Shown here: one piece after another, positions 1 to 11,777 of the stretch
Layout of the letters: every line of letters starts with the position of its first letter
Numbering within the stretch: position 1 is the stretch's first letter
Source: an uncultured Clostridia bacterium
GTDB taxonomy: Bacteria > Bacillota > Clostridia > Christensenellales > Borkfalkiaceae
DNA length: 64,000 nucleotides
NCBI GenBank assembly: GCA_934247225.1
Contig: CAKQJE010000009.1
Span: 15,295-79,294, forward strand
Direction: 5' to 3'
Translations under genes and position numbers: made by a program
The notes under the pieces: generated by a model
Told to the model about the DNA's origin: nothing
Databases searched by the model: none
What the model saw: the letters and a program-made list of their open reading frames with translations, nothing else

Positions 1-1798
1 GCGTTTCCGCGCTCGTCCCGCAAAGAACAGCTAATGTCGACACAACTGCTTCTTTTGCGGTGAATCCAGAAACAAGAGCCGTCGCAACGCGCCAGTCGCC
101 GAATCCGAGAGGACGGAAGATAACCGCAATCGCTCTGCCGATATAGGCAAGCAGACTGACCGAACTGTCCGTTACAAAATTCAGTTTATAATCGAAACTT
201 TGCAAAAACCATATAATAACCGTCGCAAGCAAAATTACCGTAAATGCGCGGGATAAAAAGTCTTTCGCTTTTTCCCAAAGCAACAAAGCAACGCTCTTTG
301 CAGACGGAAAACGGTAATTGGGAAGCTCCATAACAAACGGTACGGGCTGACCTTTAAAAGCCGTTGATTTTAATATGAACGCAACCAAAACGGCAAGCAA
401 AACGCCGAAAAGATACAATCCCATCATAACGAACGCTCCGTATTTCGGGAAAAAGGCTTGCGTAAATACGGCATAAATAGCGATTTTTGCCGAACAGCTC
501 ATATACGGCGTAAGCAAAATCGTCATTTTTCTGTCTCTGTCTGAGGAAACCGTTCTTGTTGCCATAACGGCGGGCACCGAACATCCGAAACCCATAAGCA
601 TCGGGACAAAACTTCTGCCCGATAAGCCGAGCTTTCTCAGAGGTTTATCCATTACGAACGCAACTCTAGCCATATAACCCGTATCTTCGAGAATAGACAA
701 AAAGAAAAACAAGGTTACGACTATCGGAAGGAACGATAAAACGCTGCCCACGCCCGTGAAAATACCGTCGATGATAAGGCTGTGTATAACGGGGTTAAGC
801 CCGTAAGCCGTAAGAGCTTTGTCCACAACGTCCGAAAGCGACGTAATACCGAGTTCGAGCAAATCCGCAAGAAATTTCCCGATAACGTTGAATGTCAGGA
901 AAAACGTTAGAAAAAGTATGCCGAGGAAAACAGGCACCGCTGTATATTTTCCCGTTAAAACCTTATCGATTTTAATCGACCTTGTATGTCCTTTACTCTC
1001 GTGACATTTAACCACCGAACCGTCGACAACGCTTTCGATAAACGAATAACGCATATCCGCAAGAGCCGCGTTTCTGTCCAATCCGGATTCGTCTTCCATC
1101 TGAACGATACAGTGTTCAATAAGTTCGCGTTCGTTGGTATCAAGACCTAATTTATCCGCTATTTTATCATCGCCTTCGATAAGTTTTGCCGTACAAAATC
1201 TCGGAGGAACGCTTATTCTTTCGGCGTGGTCTTCGATAAGGTGAGCTATTGCGTGAATACAACGATGCACCGGAGATTCTTCGGCGCAAAAATCATATTT
1301 ACCGGGGAGAGTACGCGTTTTTGCCGTTTCGATAGCTTTATCGATAAGTTCGGAAACGCCTTCTCCTTTCGCCGCGCTTATCGGAACAACAGGAACCCCC
1401 AAAGCGTCGCTCATCTTTTTTATATCGATACTTCCGCCGTTATCTCTTACCTCATCCATCATATTCAATGCAATAACGGTAGGAACTCTCAATTCGAGAA
1501 GCTGAAGCGTAAGGTATAAGTTTCTTTCGATATTTGTCGCGTCGACAATGTTTATTATCCCGTCGGGTTTTTCGTTAATGATGAAATCTCTCGTTACGAT
1601 TTCTTCCTGTGTGTAAGGACGAAGCGAATAAATACCCGGCAAATCCACAACCGAAACAGACTTCTGCCCTTTGATTTCGCCGATTTTTCTGTCAACGGTT
1701 ACACCCGGGAAATTTCCGACGTGCTGGTTGGATCCGGTTAAAGCGTTGAACAGAGTCGTTTTTCCGCAGTTCTGATTTCCCGCAAGCGCAAAAATCAT
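1..1798 (-). CDS. feoB: Ferrous iron transporter FeoB (C-terminus beyond window edge)
   Basis: Absent from the ORF track because the frame runs off the window edge. Manual minus-strand translation from ATG 1798 gives MIFALAGNQNCGKTTLFNALTGSNQHVGNFPGVTVDRK... with G1 GxxxxGKT, G3 DLPG and G4 NMMD, followed by a polytopic membrane part (FVMDKPLRKLGLSGRSFVPMLMGFGCSVPA). ATGA start/stop overlap with feoA. Confidence 0.9.
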   Translation of the reverse strand, partial: MIFALAGNQNCGKTTLFNALTGSNQHVGNFPGVTVDRKIGEIKGQKSVSVVDLPGIYSLRPYTQEEIVTRDFIINEKPDGIINIVDATNIERNLYLTLQLLELRVPTVIALNMMDEVRDNGGSIDIKKMSDALGVPVVPISAAKGEGVSELIDKAIETAKTRTLPGKYDFCAEESPVHRCIHAIAHLIEDHAERISVPPRFCTAKLIEGDDKIADKLGLDTNERELIEHCIVQMEDESGLDRNAALADMRYSFIESVVDGSVVKCHESKGHTRSIKIDKVLTGKYTAVPVFLGILFLTFFLTFNVIGKFLADLLELGITSLSDVVDKALTAYGLNPVIHSLIIDGIFTGVGSVLSFLPIVVTLFFFLSILEDTGYMARVAFVMDKPLRKLGLSGRSFVPMLMGFGCSVPAVMATRTVSSDRDRKMTILLTPYMSCSAKIAIYAVFTQAFFPKYGAFVMMGLYLFGVLLAVLVAFILKSTAFKGQPVPFVMELPNYRFPSAKSVALLLWEKAKDFLSRAFTVILLATVIIWFLQSFDYKLNFVTDSSVSLLAYIGRAIAVIFRPLGFGDWRVATALVSGFTAKEAVVSTLAVLCGTSAET

Positions 1799-2028
1799 TT
1801 TTCCACCTCCGCGGAAACCTCTATTTTCTGGGCTTCTTCTTTTCTTATGGTAAGCTCGTAGCCGCGCACATGAATTTCTATCGGATCTCCCATAGGAGCG
1901 ACTTTTTGCAATGTAACTCTTGTTTTCGGAATAAGTCCCATATCGAGAAGCCTGCAACGGAGCGCGCCGTCGCCGTTTACGGCGGTGATTTTCGCCGACT
2001 GCCCGACAGCCAAATTATCCAAAGTCAT
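1795..2028 (-). CDS. feoA: FeoA family iron transport protein
   Basis: 77-aa SH3-like FeoA sequence (LRCRLLDMGLIPKTRVTLQKVAPMGDPIEI) directly upstream of and overlapping feoB. Confidence 0.85.
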   Translation of the reverse strand: MTLDNLAVGQSAKITAVNGDGALRCRLLDMGLIPKTRVTLQKVAPMGDPIEIHVRGYELTIRKEEAQKIEVSAEVEK

Positions 2029-2057
2029 AAAATAATTTCCTTTAAAAAATTATTTCT

Positions 2058-2086
2058 ATTATATTCTTTTCAAAACGATTAGTCAA
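2058..2086 (-). promoter_or_regulatory. Sigma-A type promoter for feoAB
   Basis: Minus strand reads TTGACT (2086-2081), a 17-nt spacer, then TATAAT (2063-2058), about 30 nt upstream of the feoA ATG. Confidence 0.55.
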
Positions 2087-2099
2087 TTATTTTCTATAT

Positions 2100-2146
2100 C
2101 AAAAAGCCGGGAGCAAAAGAAATACGCACCCGGCTTTCGTTTTTTA
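2100..2146 (-). terminator. Rho-independent terminator after gyrA (hairpin usable in both directions)
   Basis: AGCCGGG (2105-2111) pairs with CCCGGCT (2129-2135). The stem is flanked by an A-run on one side and a T-run on the other. Confidence 0.65.
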
Positions 2147-2158
2147 TATTATTTCGGA

Positions 2159-4867
2159 TTATTCTTCGCCGTCACCCGAAGTTTCGGTTTCAGCGCCTTC
2201 TGCGGAAACTTCTCCGTCTGCGTTTTCATCGCCCTCTTCTCCTTCGGGAAGTTCTTCTTCGTCCTCGTGAGGAGTTATGGCGATAGTGGAAATCTGCGCT
2301 CCGTCAAGCCTCATAACTTTAACGCCCTGAGTGTCTCTGCCGATAAGCGAAATTTCGTTTACGCTTGTTCTTATAGCTATGCCCGTGTCGGAAATCATCA
2401 TAATGTCTTCGCCTTCGCGGACAGGTTTTATGCCTACGAGATAACCCGTTTTTTCGTTGAATTGTCCCGCTTTGATACCTTTACCTGCTCTGAACTGAAG
2501 CCTGAATTCGTCCACGCTGCAACGCTTGCCGTAACCGTTCGAAGAAACGGTGATAACGGTATCGTCGGGTTTGACTACTGACATATCGATAACGTAATCG
2601 CAGTCTGCAAGTACGATGGATTTAACGCCTTGCGTTCCTCTGCCCATCTTTCTTACGTCTTTTTCGCTGAATCTTATACACTTACCTTCGTGCGTACCGA
2701 TAAGAACTTCGTCGTCGCCCGTCGTAAGCTGAACGGAAATAAGTTCGTCGCCTTCGACAAGACTTATCGCTATCTTACCGCTCTTTCTTATCGAGTTGAA
2801 CTCGGACATTGCCGTCTTTTTGATAAGACCGAACTTGGTCGCCATCATAATATAGCCGCCGTCGTCCGTTGCAGCCTCGATTTCGGCGTTATCCGCGGTA
2901 TTTTCGACCTCGTTTTCGGTTATCGCCTGTTCTACGGCCTCGTTGTCGGTAACTACTTCGTTGCCGTTTTCGTCGATTTCGGTTTCGAGTTCTTCGCCGA
3001 CGATTTCCTTTCTCGGAATAACCGCCGTAATCCTCTCGCCGTTTCCGACCTGAATAAGGTTGACGATCGCTCTGCCCCTCGTCGCGCCTTTGGATGCTTC
3101 GGGAACTTCATACGCCTTTATGCGGTATACTTTACCGAGCGAACTGAAAAACAGCAAATCGTCGTGCGTGGAGCAAACGAACATATTTTCGACGAAATCG
3201 TCGTCCTTTGTCTTATGTGCCGTAACGCCCTTTCCGCCGCGGCGCTGAGCTTTGCACTCTTTCATCGCTATTCTCTTTACATAACCCGTGTGAGTCATAG
3301 AAATAACGACGTCCTCTCTTTCGATAAGGTCGGCTTCGCCGATATCCGCATAATCGGTGGAAATTTCGGTTTTTCTCGGCGTGGGATATCTGTTTTTGAT
3401 ATCTTCGAGATCGTTTCTTACTATCGCTCTCACTCTTTCGGGCTTTTGGAGAATGTCTTCGAGATCGGCTATCGTGGCTTCGAGCTGACGAAGTTCCTCG
3501 TTGAGCTTGTCGACTTCCATGGAAGTAAGTCTTTGAAGTCTCATTTCGAGGATAGCAGTACACTGTTTGTCGTCGAGAAGGAAGGCGTCTTTGAGTTGGT
3601 TAGTCGCTTCTTCCTTATCTTTACTTCTCTTGATTATCGCGATAACTTCGTCGATATTAGCAAGCGCGATAACGAGACCTTTAACGATATGCTCTCTTTC
3701 TCTCGTTCTCGCTAAGTCGTATCTCGTACGTCTTTCGATAACGTCGATCTGATGGTCTACGAAATAAGTAAGAATTTCCTTGATATTAAGTATCTTCGGA
3801 TCGGTTCCGACGAGCGCGAGTAAAATTATACCGTCCGAAACCTGCAAGTTGGTCTGCTTATATAAAGAATTGAGAACAACCTGAGCGTTCGCGTCTTTCT
3901 TGATTTCGATAACGATTCTCATTCCGTGTCTGTCGGATTCGTCGTTGATATTCGAAATACCTTCGAGACGTTTATTCTTAACGTAGTCCGCAATGGTTTC
4001 TATGAGCTTTTGTTTATTGACCTGATAAGGAAGCTCGGTAACGATAATTCTCTGTCTCGTACCGTTGTTGAAATCTTCTATTTCGCATTTCGCGCGGAGA
4101 ATAATGCTTCCTCTGCCCGTTCTGTAAGCGTTTCTGATACCGCTTCTGCCCATAATGATTCCGCCTGTCGGGAAATCGGGCGCGGGAATATATTTTAAAA
4201 GATCGTCGACCGTGATTTCGGGGTTATCGATAACCGCGATCGCGCCGTCGATAGCTTCGCCGAGATTATGCGGAGGAATGTTCGTAGCCATACCTACCGC
4301 GATGCCGTCCGCGCCGTTTACGAGAAGGTTCGGGTATCTCGCGGGCAAAACTACGGGCTGCATTCTCGTATCGTCGAAGTTCGGATAGAAGTCTACCGTC
4401 TCTTTATCTATTTCACGAAGCATTTCGAGAGCCATTTTGCTCATTCTCGCTTCCGTGTACCTGTACGCCGCGGCGGGGTCGCCGTCGACGGAACCGAAGT
4501 TTCCGTGGCCGTCTACAAGCGGAACGTTAATCGAAAAGTCCTGCGCGAGACGAACCAAAGCGTCGTAAACCGAACTGTCGCCGTGGGGGTGATATTTACC
4601 GAGAACGTCACCGACGATGGTCGCGCACTTTTTATACGGCTTATCGGGCGTTAAACCGAGTTCGTTCATAGAATATAAAATTCTTCTGTGAACGGGCTTC
4701 AAACCGTCTCTTACGTCGGGAATAGCTCTCGAACGGTTTACGCACATCGCGTAGTCGATAAAGCTTTGTTTCAACTCTTTATCGACTTCGATATCGATAA
4801 TTTTGGTCATATCCAGCGTACGTTTAAATTCATCCGTAAGCGCCTGGTCGAATTCTTTTTTAGCCAT
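2159..4867 (-). CDS. gyrA: DNA gyrase subunit A
   Basis: 902 aa with [19 protein letters not shown], the QRDR-like [17 protein letters not shown] and the catalytic-Tyr context [11 protein letters not shown]. Sits directly downstream of gyrB. Confidence 0.97.
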   Translation of the reverse strand: MAKKEFDQALTDEFKRTLDMTKIIDIEVDKELKQSFIDYAMCVNRSRAIPDVRDGLKPVHRRILYSMNELGLTPDKPYKKCATIVGDVLGKYHPHGDSSVYDALVRLAQDFSINVPLVDGHGNFGSVDGDPAAAYRYTEARMSKMALEMLREIDKETVDFYPNFDDTRMQPVVLPARYPNLLVNGADGIAVGMATNIPPHNLGEAIDGAIAVIDNPEITVDDLLKYIPAPDFPTGGIIMGRSGIRNAYRTGRGSIILRAKCEIEDFNNGTRQRIIVTELPYQVNKQKLIETIADYVKNKRLEGISNINDESDRHGMRIVIEIKKDANAQVVLNSLYKQTNLQVSDGIILLALVGTDPKILNIKEILTYFVDHQIDVIERRTRYDLARTREREHIVKGLVIALANIDEVIAIIKRSKDKEEATNQLKDAFLLDDKQCTAILEMRLQRLTSMEVDKLNEELRQLEATIADLEDILQKPERVRAIVRNDLEDIKNRYPTPRKTEISTDYADIGEADLIEREDVVISMTHTGYVKRIAMKECKAQRRGGKGVTAHKTKDDDFVENMFVCSTHDDLLFFSSLGKVYRIKAYEVPEASKGATRGRAIVNLIQVGNGERITAVIPRKEIVGEELETEIDENGNEVVTDNEAVEQAITENEVENTADNAEIEAATDDGGYIMMATKFGLIKKTAMSEFNSIRKSGKIAISLVEGDELISVQLTTGDDEVLIGTHEGKCIRFSEKDVRKMGRGTQGVKSIVLADCDYVIDMSVVKPDDTVITVSSNGYGKRCSVDEFRLQFRAGKGIKAGQFNEKTGYLVGIKPVREGEDIMMISDTGIAIRTSVNEISLIGRDTQGVKVMRLDGAQISTIAITPHEDEEELPEGEEGDENADGEVSAEGAETETSGDGEE

Positions 4868-4885
4868 TTTTTCTTGTCCTCCTCA

Positions 4886-6811
<1,926 letters not shown>

Positions 6812-6921
6812 TTATCCCGGCGACAAAATCGCCTATACACTTATTATAATATATTATTATAAATAAGTAAAGCGATTTTTGTAAATTGTTCGTTTTTTTA
6901 CCGTTTTTCAGCGGAAAATCA

Positions 6922-6949
6922 TAAAAAAACGGAGCATAAGCTCCGTTTT
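6922..6949 (-). terminator. Rho-independent terminator after the M50-like gene
   Basis: Minus strand reads AAACGGAGC-TTAT-GCTCCGTTT followed by a T-run. Confidence 0.7.
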
Positions 6950-6966
6950 GCGATTAAAATATGAAA

Positions 6967-8019
6967 TTAAAGCCTGGAAAGCATTTCCGCGTTGAATTTT
7001 CCGTCGCCTTTAAGATATGCTTTGGCGCATATTTTTTTAGCCGATTTAAGCGTTGCTTTGACGTATTTGTCGTCGCCTTTATAGTTAGCGTAATAAACGA
7101 GCGTTCTCATGCCCGAAGCTCCCGGCAACGTGTCGCACTTATCGAGAAGATACTCGTACTCCGAAATTTTGCTTTCGTCGCCGATAAGGATATAAGCAAA
7201 CAGAATTTCAATCGCCGCTTCATCGTCGAGACAGTCTTCTTCCGCCTGCAATTCTTCGAGGTTTTCCACGATTTTTTTAGGCTCGAAAATCTCCTCCGCT
7301 CTTCTCAGTCTCAACAAGGCAAACCTGGATTTTAACGCGGGAGAAATTTTTAAATCGCTCATAAAGAGCGCCTCGTCGATTTCGGCGTACGACTTGCCTT
7401 CGTACAACTCTTCGGTTATCGTTAAAAGTCTTATCGTAGCCGTTTTTTCGTCGTTATCCGTCAGCATTTTTTCAAATTCCGAGCCGTCGTTCCCGTCGAC
7501 AAGCCCGGGTACGGCGTTAATAACGAGGATTACGAGAGACAACGGCATTCCGCAGAAAAACACCGCGGCAAGCGGAGCGACGAAAACTATCGAAAGCATA
7601 AATCCCGCCGTAAGCAATGCCGACGCGATCACGCTGCCGATTATCCCTCCCGCAACCGTTTTTGCATAATGTTTGCCGATGTTTTCTTTTGAAACGGGAA
7701 CGACGTCCGTCGCCCCGAGAAAATCGTTTTTAAAGGATAACGAAAACTTTTTTATCGCCTGTTTATCGTATCTGAAAATCAGAAAAGAAAACGCCGCAAC
7801 CTCGAACCCGTTATGTTTCGCGGCAATAGCGTGACCGAGTTCGTGAAAAAAAGCCGAAACCGACCAACCGATCAAAAGCCCGAAAACGACGAGAAGGAGT
7901 CTTACCCACATGCCTATGGTAAAAGCGAAAGAAATAAAAATCGCTATCAGAAAAGCGCATACATATAAGACGGCAATCAAAATATTTTTCGCCACTCTGT
8001 TTTTGTTGTTCTGTTCCAT
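6967..8019 (-). CDS. Site-2-protease-like (M50-type) membrane metalloprotease with helical C-terminal domain
   Basis: HExxH sits in a TM helix (FFHELGHAIAA) and a second NxxPxxxxDG-like motif (NAVPGLVDGNDG) sits in a later TM helix. About 170 aa of soluble helical tail follow. Confidence 0.6.
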   Translation of the reverse strand: MEQNNKNRVAKNILIAVLYVCAFLIAIFISFAFTIGMWVRLLLVVFGLLIGWSVSAFFHELGHAIAAKHNGFEVAAFSFLIFRYDKQAIKKFSLSFKNDFLGATDVVPVSKENIGKHYAKTVAGGIIGSVIASALLTAGFMLSIVFVAPLAAVFFCGMPLSLVILVINAVPGLVDGNDGSEFEKMLTDNDEKTATIRLLTITEELYEGKSYAEIDEALFMSDLKISPALKSRFALLRLRRAEEIFEPKKIVENLEELQAEEDCLDDEAAIEILFAYILIGDESKISEYEYLLDKCDTLPGASGMRTLVYYANYKGDDKYVKATLKSAKKICAKAYLKGDGKFNAEMLSRL

Positions 8020-8056
8020 AACGCTCCTTTATTTCCGCCCGCAATCAAATTCGGAA

Positions 8057-8938
8057 TTATTCGGTAAGTCCTTTCATTCTCAGATATCCGAGCATATTGT
8101 CGTTTTCGCTCACCGTGATTTTTTCTATGCCGAATTCCGACATTATTCTTTTGAGCAAATAAACTCCGCCGACGATAATTTCGGCTCTTTTTTCGTTTAT
8201 TTTCAGTTCGTTTATTCTTTGGGCTACCGTACGGCTTTTTATTTCGCGATAGACCTCTTCTACCTGTCCGTATGTCAAAACCGTTCCGTTAACCTTGTCG
8301 GGATCATATGTTTCGAGCCTTAAAAAGCAGGCGCAAAGCGAAGTCGCCGTTCCGCCGACCGCATAATAATCGGCTGCGGGAACGTCCCCGTACTCGCCTA
8401 TTCTGCCGCTTATAAGCTCGTTTAACTTTCCTTCGTCCTCTCCGCAAAGATCTCTGAGCCGAACCGCCCCGAGCGGAAGAGAGTGACAGTAAATTCTTTT
8501 GCCGCCTTTTTTAACGGCTATTTCCGCGCTTGCGCCGCCTATGTCGATAATTCCGCCGTCTCCGCTTCCGACCGCGCCCGAAAGCCCTGTTTCGCCTTCG
8601 GTTTCGCCGTCCATAACGTCGACCGTGATTCCTGTTTCCGCCTTGACTTTTTCTACGAATTCGCTTCCGTTTTTCGCGCTTCTTACGGCTTCCGTCGCAA
8701 AGGCGAAAATATCGTCGGGCGAGTGAGCCGCAACGCTTATCAGAAGTTTTTTTATTCCGTTTATCGTTCTTTCAAAGGCTTCGGGCGTTATCTCTCCGTT
8801 GTCGCTTTCTTTTTCTCCGAGACGAGTCGTCACAAGTCCTTTAAAAAGCGTTTTACCGCCCGAATAAACGAGCGCGCGGACGGAGTTCGATCCTATATCG
8901 AAAACGCCGTAAGTCTCAGGTTTTTCGTTAGTCGTCAT
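8057..8938 (-). CDS. Ppx/GppA family phosphatase
   Basis: N-terminal ASKHA motif FDIGSNSVRALVY; 293 aa with a two-domain Ppx/GppA-like layout. Confidence 0.8.
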   Translation of the reverse strand: MTTNEKPETYGVFDIGSNSVRALVYSGGKTLFKGLVTTRLGEKESDNGEITPEAFERTINGIKKLLISVAAHSPDDIFAFATEAVRSAKNGSEFVEKVKAETGITVDVMDGETEGETGLSGAVGSGDGGIIDIGGASAEIAVKKGGKRIYCHSLPLGAVRLRDLCGEDEGKLNELISGRIGEYGDVPAADYYAVGGTATSLCACFLRLETYDPDKVNGTVLTYGQVEEVYREIKSRTVAQRINELKINEKRAEIIVGGVYLLKRIMSEFGIEKITVSENDNMLGYLRMKGLTE

Positions 8939-9191
8939 TTTTGTAAATATAACCTATCTGCCTTGCTCTTTCTTCGATTTTCCACTTAGTGAGCCATTTG
9001 TCTTTTTCGTTTTCGCCGTTCTCTATTTCCTTCTGCAATTCCGCTATTTCCGCTTGCAGTCTTTCTACTTCTTTTTTTTTGTTTCCCATGGCGACTATCT
9101 GATACGCCATCACGATTATCAGTATAAATAACATAATTATACCCGTTGCCGTTCCCGCGGCGACGAGCCTTTTTAATTTGCTTTCGGACAC
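8928..9191 (-). CDS. divIC: Septum formation initiator (DivIC/FtsB family)
   Basis: 87 aa with an N-terminal TM helix followed by a coiled coil (VERLQAEIAELQKEIENGENEK). GTG start preceded by GGAGGAAG. Occupies the yabP-yabQ-divIC synteny position. Confidence 0.75.
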   Translation of the reverse strand: MSESKLKRLVAAGTATGIIMLFILIIVMAYQIVAMGNKKKEVERLQAEIAELQKEIENGENEKDKWLTKWKIEERARQIGYIYKNDD

Positions 9192-9534
9192 CGTGCTTCC
9201 TCCGTAGTTTCAAAACAAACTTTTCCCCGAATTTATTATACCATTTCAAGGCAAAAAACGCAAGCGTTTTATTAAAACTCTCGTTTTCGAGCAAAAAACC
9301 GCATATAACGCCGAAAATCATATAAAGCCTGAAATCGGGAAATGAAAATTCAAGCGCAAAATAAGCGTATATAAAACAAAACGGCACGGCGAAAACAACG
9401 TCGGAGAAAATGCCGACGAATTTATTTCTCGTAAGCTTTTTTATCGCGTAAAACGGGATATAAACCGCGCCGCAAACGATCCCCGCAAGAACGCACTCGA
9501 AAAAGTAATAAATCTGCCCGTCGCTGACGAACAT
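8986..9534 (-). CDS. yabQ: Spore cortex biosynthesis protein YabQ-like (3' boundary uncertain)
   Basis: Small polytopic membrane protein immediately after yabP. The last ~70 codons are a basic low-complexity tail that overlaps divIC out of frame. Confidence 0.55.
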   Translation of the reverse strand: MFVSDGQIYYFFECVLAGIVCGAVYIPFYAIKKLTRNKFVGIFSDVVFAVPFCFIYAYFALEFSFPDFRLYMIFGVICGFLLENESFNKTLAFFALKWYNKFGEKFVLKLRRKHGVRKQIKKARRRGNGNGYNYVIYTDNRDGVSDSRHGKQKKRSRKTASGNSGIAEGNRERRKRKRQMAH

Positions 9535-9791
9535 TACTTGAAAAACCTCTTTAAAAAGGACTGAGCGGCAGCCGAAAATTTAACGCCCGAGACCACGCCT
9601 ACAAGCCGAAATTCGCCCGTTCTCTTTTCGAAACAGACGATTTTCATCGCTTCGCCCGTTATTATCGCTTTTCCGCCTTCGGTTAAATTCAGCCTTATTT
9701 CCCTGTCGTTAAAGGACGTTACGTCCGCTATTCCGCTTGCGGCAAGCGATTTTTTGTACTCTATCGTGAAATTCGGAACTGTTTTTTCCAT
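9534..9791 (-). CDS. yabP: Sporulation protein YabP
   Basis: Internal ATG at 9791 with a GGGAGGA RBS. The 85-aa product MEKTVPNFTIEYKK...REIRLNLTEGGKAIITGEAMKI is typical YabP. The longer track ORF (to 10049) overlaps the upstream gene. Confidence 0.8.
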   Translation of the reverse strand: MEKTVPNFTIEYKKSLAASGIADVTSFNDREIRLNLTEGGKAIITGEAMKIVCFEKRTGEFRLVGVVSGVKFSAAAQSFLKRFFK

Positions 9792-9841
9792 AAAAAAATC
9801 CTCCCGTAAAAGCTTATGAGAGGATTTATGATTTAATTCTT

Positions 9842-10945
9842 TTAATCGAGTTTCTGGTCGCCGAATTTTATAAGTCCGACTTTTCTGAACAGCTCCGAAA
9901 ACCCGAACGACAACGCCGCGGGAAGAATAAACATCAGAAGAGCTATTCCGAAAGCGAGCAGAACGGGGTTCATACCCGCGCTTGCCTCTATCGTTCCGAA
10001 CACGCCGACAAGACCGCTCGTTCCCATTCCTCCGCCCGACGCGTTGCATTTAAGCCCGAAAACGCACGTAGATATCGGACCTAAAATCGCGCTCGAAATA
10101 ATTTCGGGAAGCATAATCGCCGGTTTTTTCATTATGTTGGGTATTTGAAGCATACTCGTGCCTATTCCTTGCGAAATAAGCCCCGAAACGCCGTTTTCTC
10201 TGAAAGAAGCCACGGCAAAGCCTATCATATGGCAACTGCACCCTACCACAGCCGCGCCGCCCGCGATGAGCATTGCGTCGTCCGTAATTCCGCTCGCGAC
10301 CGAAATCCATATCGCCGCGGAAGACGTTGGCATCGTGAGAAGAATACCCATAACGACGGAAATGATAATTCCCATAAAAAACGGCGTAATTTTCGTAGCT
10401 TCGGAAATAAGCACGCCGAGTTTTCCGATAAGGAAAATAAACGGATACGCAATAAAGCAACCCGCATAGCTCAAAAACAGCGTTCCGAGCGGAACGATAA
10501 GAATGTCGAGCTTGGTTTTTCCCGCATAGAGCGAAACGATTTCAACCGTGAAAAGAGCCACGACGTAAGCGCCTATCGGATTGCCGCACATTCCGAGTTT
10601 CAAGGTAGCGTCCAGGGCAATTATTTTATCCGAAAACGCGCCGACAAAGCCCGCGACGGCTGCCGAAAACATAACGAGTTTGCCCCGTTTCAAAGCGTTG
10701 GCTATACCAACGCCTATACCCGCGCCCATAAGAGTTTTCGCAAAGCTCGCTATCGTTTCGAGGCTGTTTCCTACGGCGTTATCGCCTATCCATTTCGCGA
10801 TAAGCGATAAAATCGTGCCTGCGATAAGCGTGCAGAAAAGCCCTTGCGCCATACCCGAAAAAGCGTCGATAAACCAGCGCGATGCAAGTTTTTTCACTAC
10901 GGACGAAAAAGATTTTTCCTCTTTTTCTTCGATGTTGTTCTCCAT
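9842..10945 (-). CDS. Polytopic membrane protein, PTS EIIC-like (PF13303-type) - tentative
   Basis: 367 aa and about 10 TM helices, with motifs MAQGLFCTLIAGTI and GAGIGVGIA reminiscent of the stand-alone EIIC_2 family. No EIIA/EIIB partner nearby. Confidence 0.4.
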   Translation of the reverse strand: MENNIEEKEEKSFSSVVKKLASRWFIDAFSGMAQGLFCTLIAGTILSLIAKWIGDNAVGNSLETIASFAKTLMGAGIGVGIANALKRGKLVMFSAAVAGFVGAFSDKIIALDATLKLGMCGNPIGAYVVALFTVEIVSLYAGKTKLDILIVPLGTLFLSYAGCFIAYPFIFLIGKLGVLISEATKITPFFMGIIISVVMGILLTMPTSSAAIWISVASGITDDAMLIAGGAAVVGCSCHMIGFAVASFRENGVSGLISQGIGTSMLQIPNIMKKPAIMLPEIISSAILGPISTCVFGLKCNASGGGMGTSGLVGVFGTIEASAGMNPVLLAFGIALLMFILPAALSFGFSELFRKVGLIKFGDQKLD

Positions 10946-11650
10946 TTACTTTTCTTCCTTTATAAGAGTCAGTTTATTGTCTGTCTGATCGCACGAAGTC
11001 AGGTAATAATCTATGCCGTTTTTGTGTATTTTCAAATCGGTTCTGCAATCCTTGCCGTGCAGATGTCCGTAAACGACTTTACTTGCCCCGTTTTTCTCAA
11101 AAATATCGGTAAAAAGCGAATCTTCTCTTCTTACGTTGAACGGCGGATAATGAATAAGGCAAATAAGCTCGTCGCCTTCTTCTCTTATTTTCTGCGCCGC
11201 CGAAAAAGCGAGTTTGAGCCTTTCCGCCTCGCGATAATATATTTTTCTGTCCTGTTCTTTAAAATCGGGCGAACCCTCCACGCACCAGCCGCGCGTTCCG
11301 CAGATTATCGTCTTTCCGAACTTCACGCAGTCGTTTTGAAGAGCGTAAACCCCCTCGGGAAGAGCGTTTCTTATTTTCGATATGCTTTTCCACCAATAAT
11401 CGTGATTGCCGCGTATAAATACTTTTTTGCCTTTTAAAGGATATAAAACAGAAATATCTTCGAGCGCCTCGGGCAGATCCATCGCCCAGCTTATATCTCC
11501 GCCGATTAAAACCACGTCTTCGTCCGAAACCTTATCGTTCCAATCCGCAAAAATCTTTTCGAGATAATTTTCCCACTTCGCGCCGAAAATATCCATAGGC
11601 TTCGAGCCTTTGCTGCACATATGAAGATCGCTTATGGCAAAAATTTTCAC
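10946..11650 (-). CDS. Metallophosphoesterase
   Basis: Calcineurin-like motifs DLH, GGDISW, GNHDYWW and GHLHG. Confidence 0.85.
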   Translation of the reverse strand: MKIFAISDLHMCSKGSKPMDIFGAKWENYLEKIFADWNDKVSDEDVVLIGGDISWAMDLPEALEDISVLYPLKGKKVFIRGNHDYWWKSISKIRNALPEGVYALQNDCVKFGKTIICGTRGWCVEGSPDFKEQDRKIYYREAERLKLAFSAAQKIREEGDELICLIHYPPFNVRREDSLFTDIFEKNGASKVVYGHLHGKDCRTDLKIHKNGIDYYLTSCDQTDNKLTLIKEEK

Positions 11651-11724
11651 GACGAACTCTCCTTTTTCGCTAACAGTTTAACATATTTTTCCGCATTTAT
11701 CAAGCAATATAGAGTACCTGAAAC

Positions 11725-11756
11725 GATAAAAAGCCCGAAGGCGAACCCTCGGGCTA
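11725..11756 (-). terminator. Strong rho-independent terminator
   Basis: Minus strand forms a 10-bp stem AGCCCGAGGG/CCTTCGGGCT with a TTCG tetraloop, followed by TTTTTAT. Confidence 0.8.
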
Positions 11757-11777
11757 AATTTGCGCTTTGATATTTTA

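Noticed and set aside
2064-2100. Fur box over the feoAB promoter
   Set aside because: AT-rich sequence (AATAATTGACTAATCG) overlaps the -35, but I could not align a convincing 7-1-7 or 19-bp Fur consensus by eye.
9792-10049. 171-aa version of the yabP ORF, and the N-terminal extensions of tatD (to 14860), rsmA (to 13385), cdaA (to 47771), holA (to 48817) and the S41 peptidase (to 52834)
   Set aside because: The extensions are basic and low-complexity, overlap upstream genes and lack RBSs. Internal ATGs give canonical N-termini with Shine-Dalgarno sequences.
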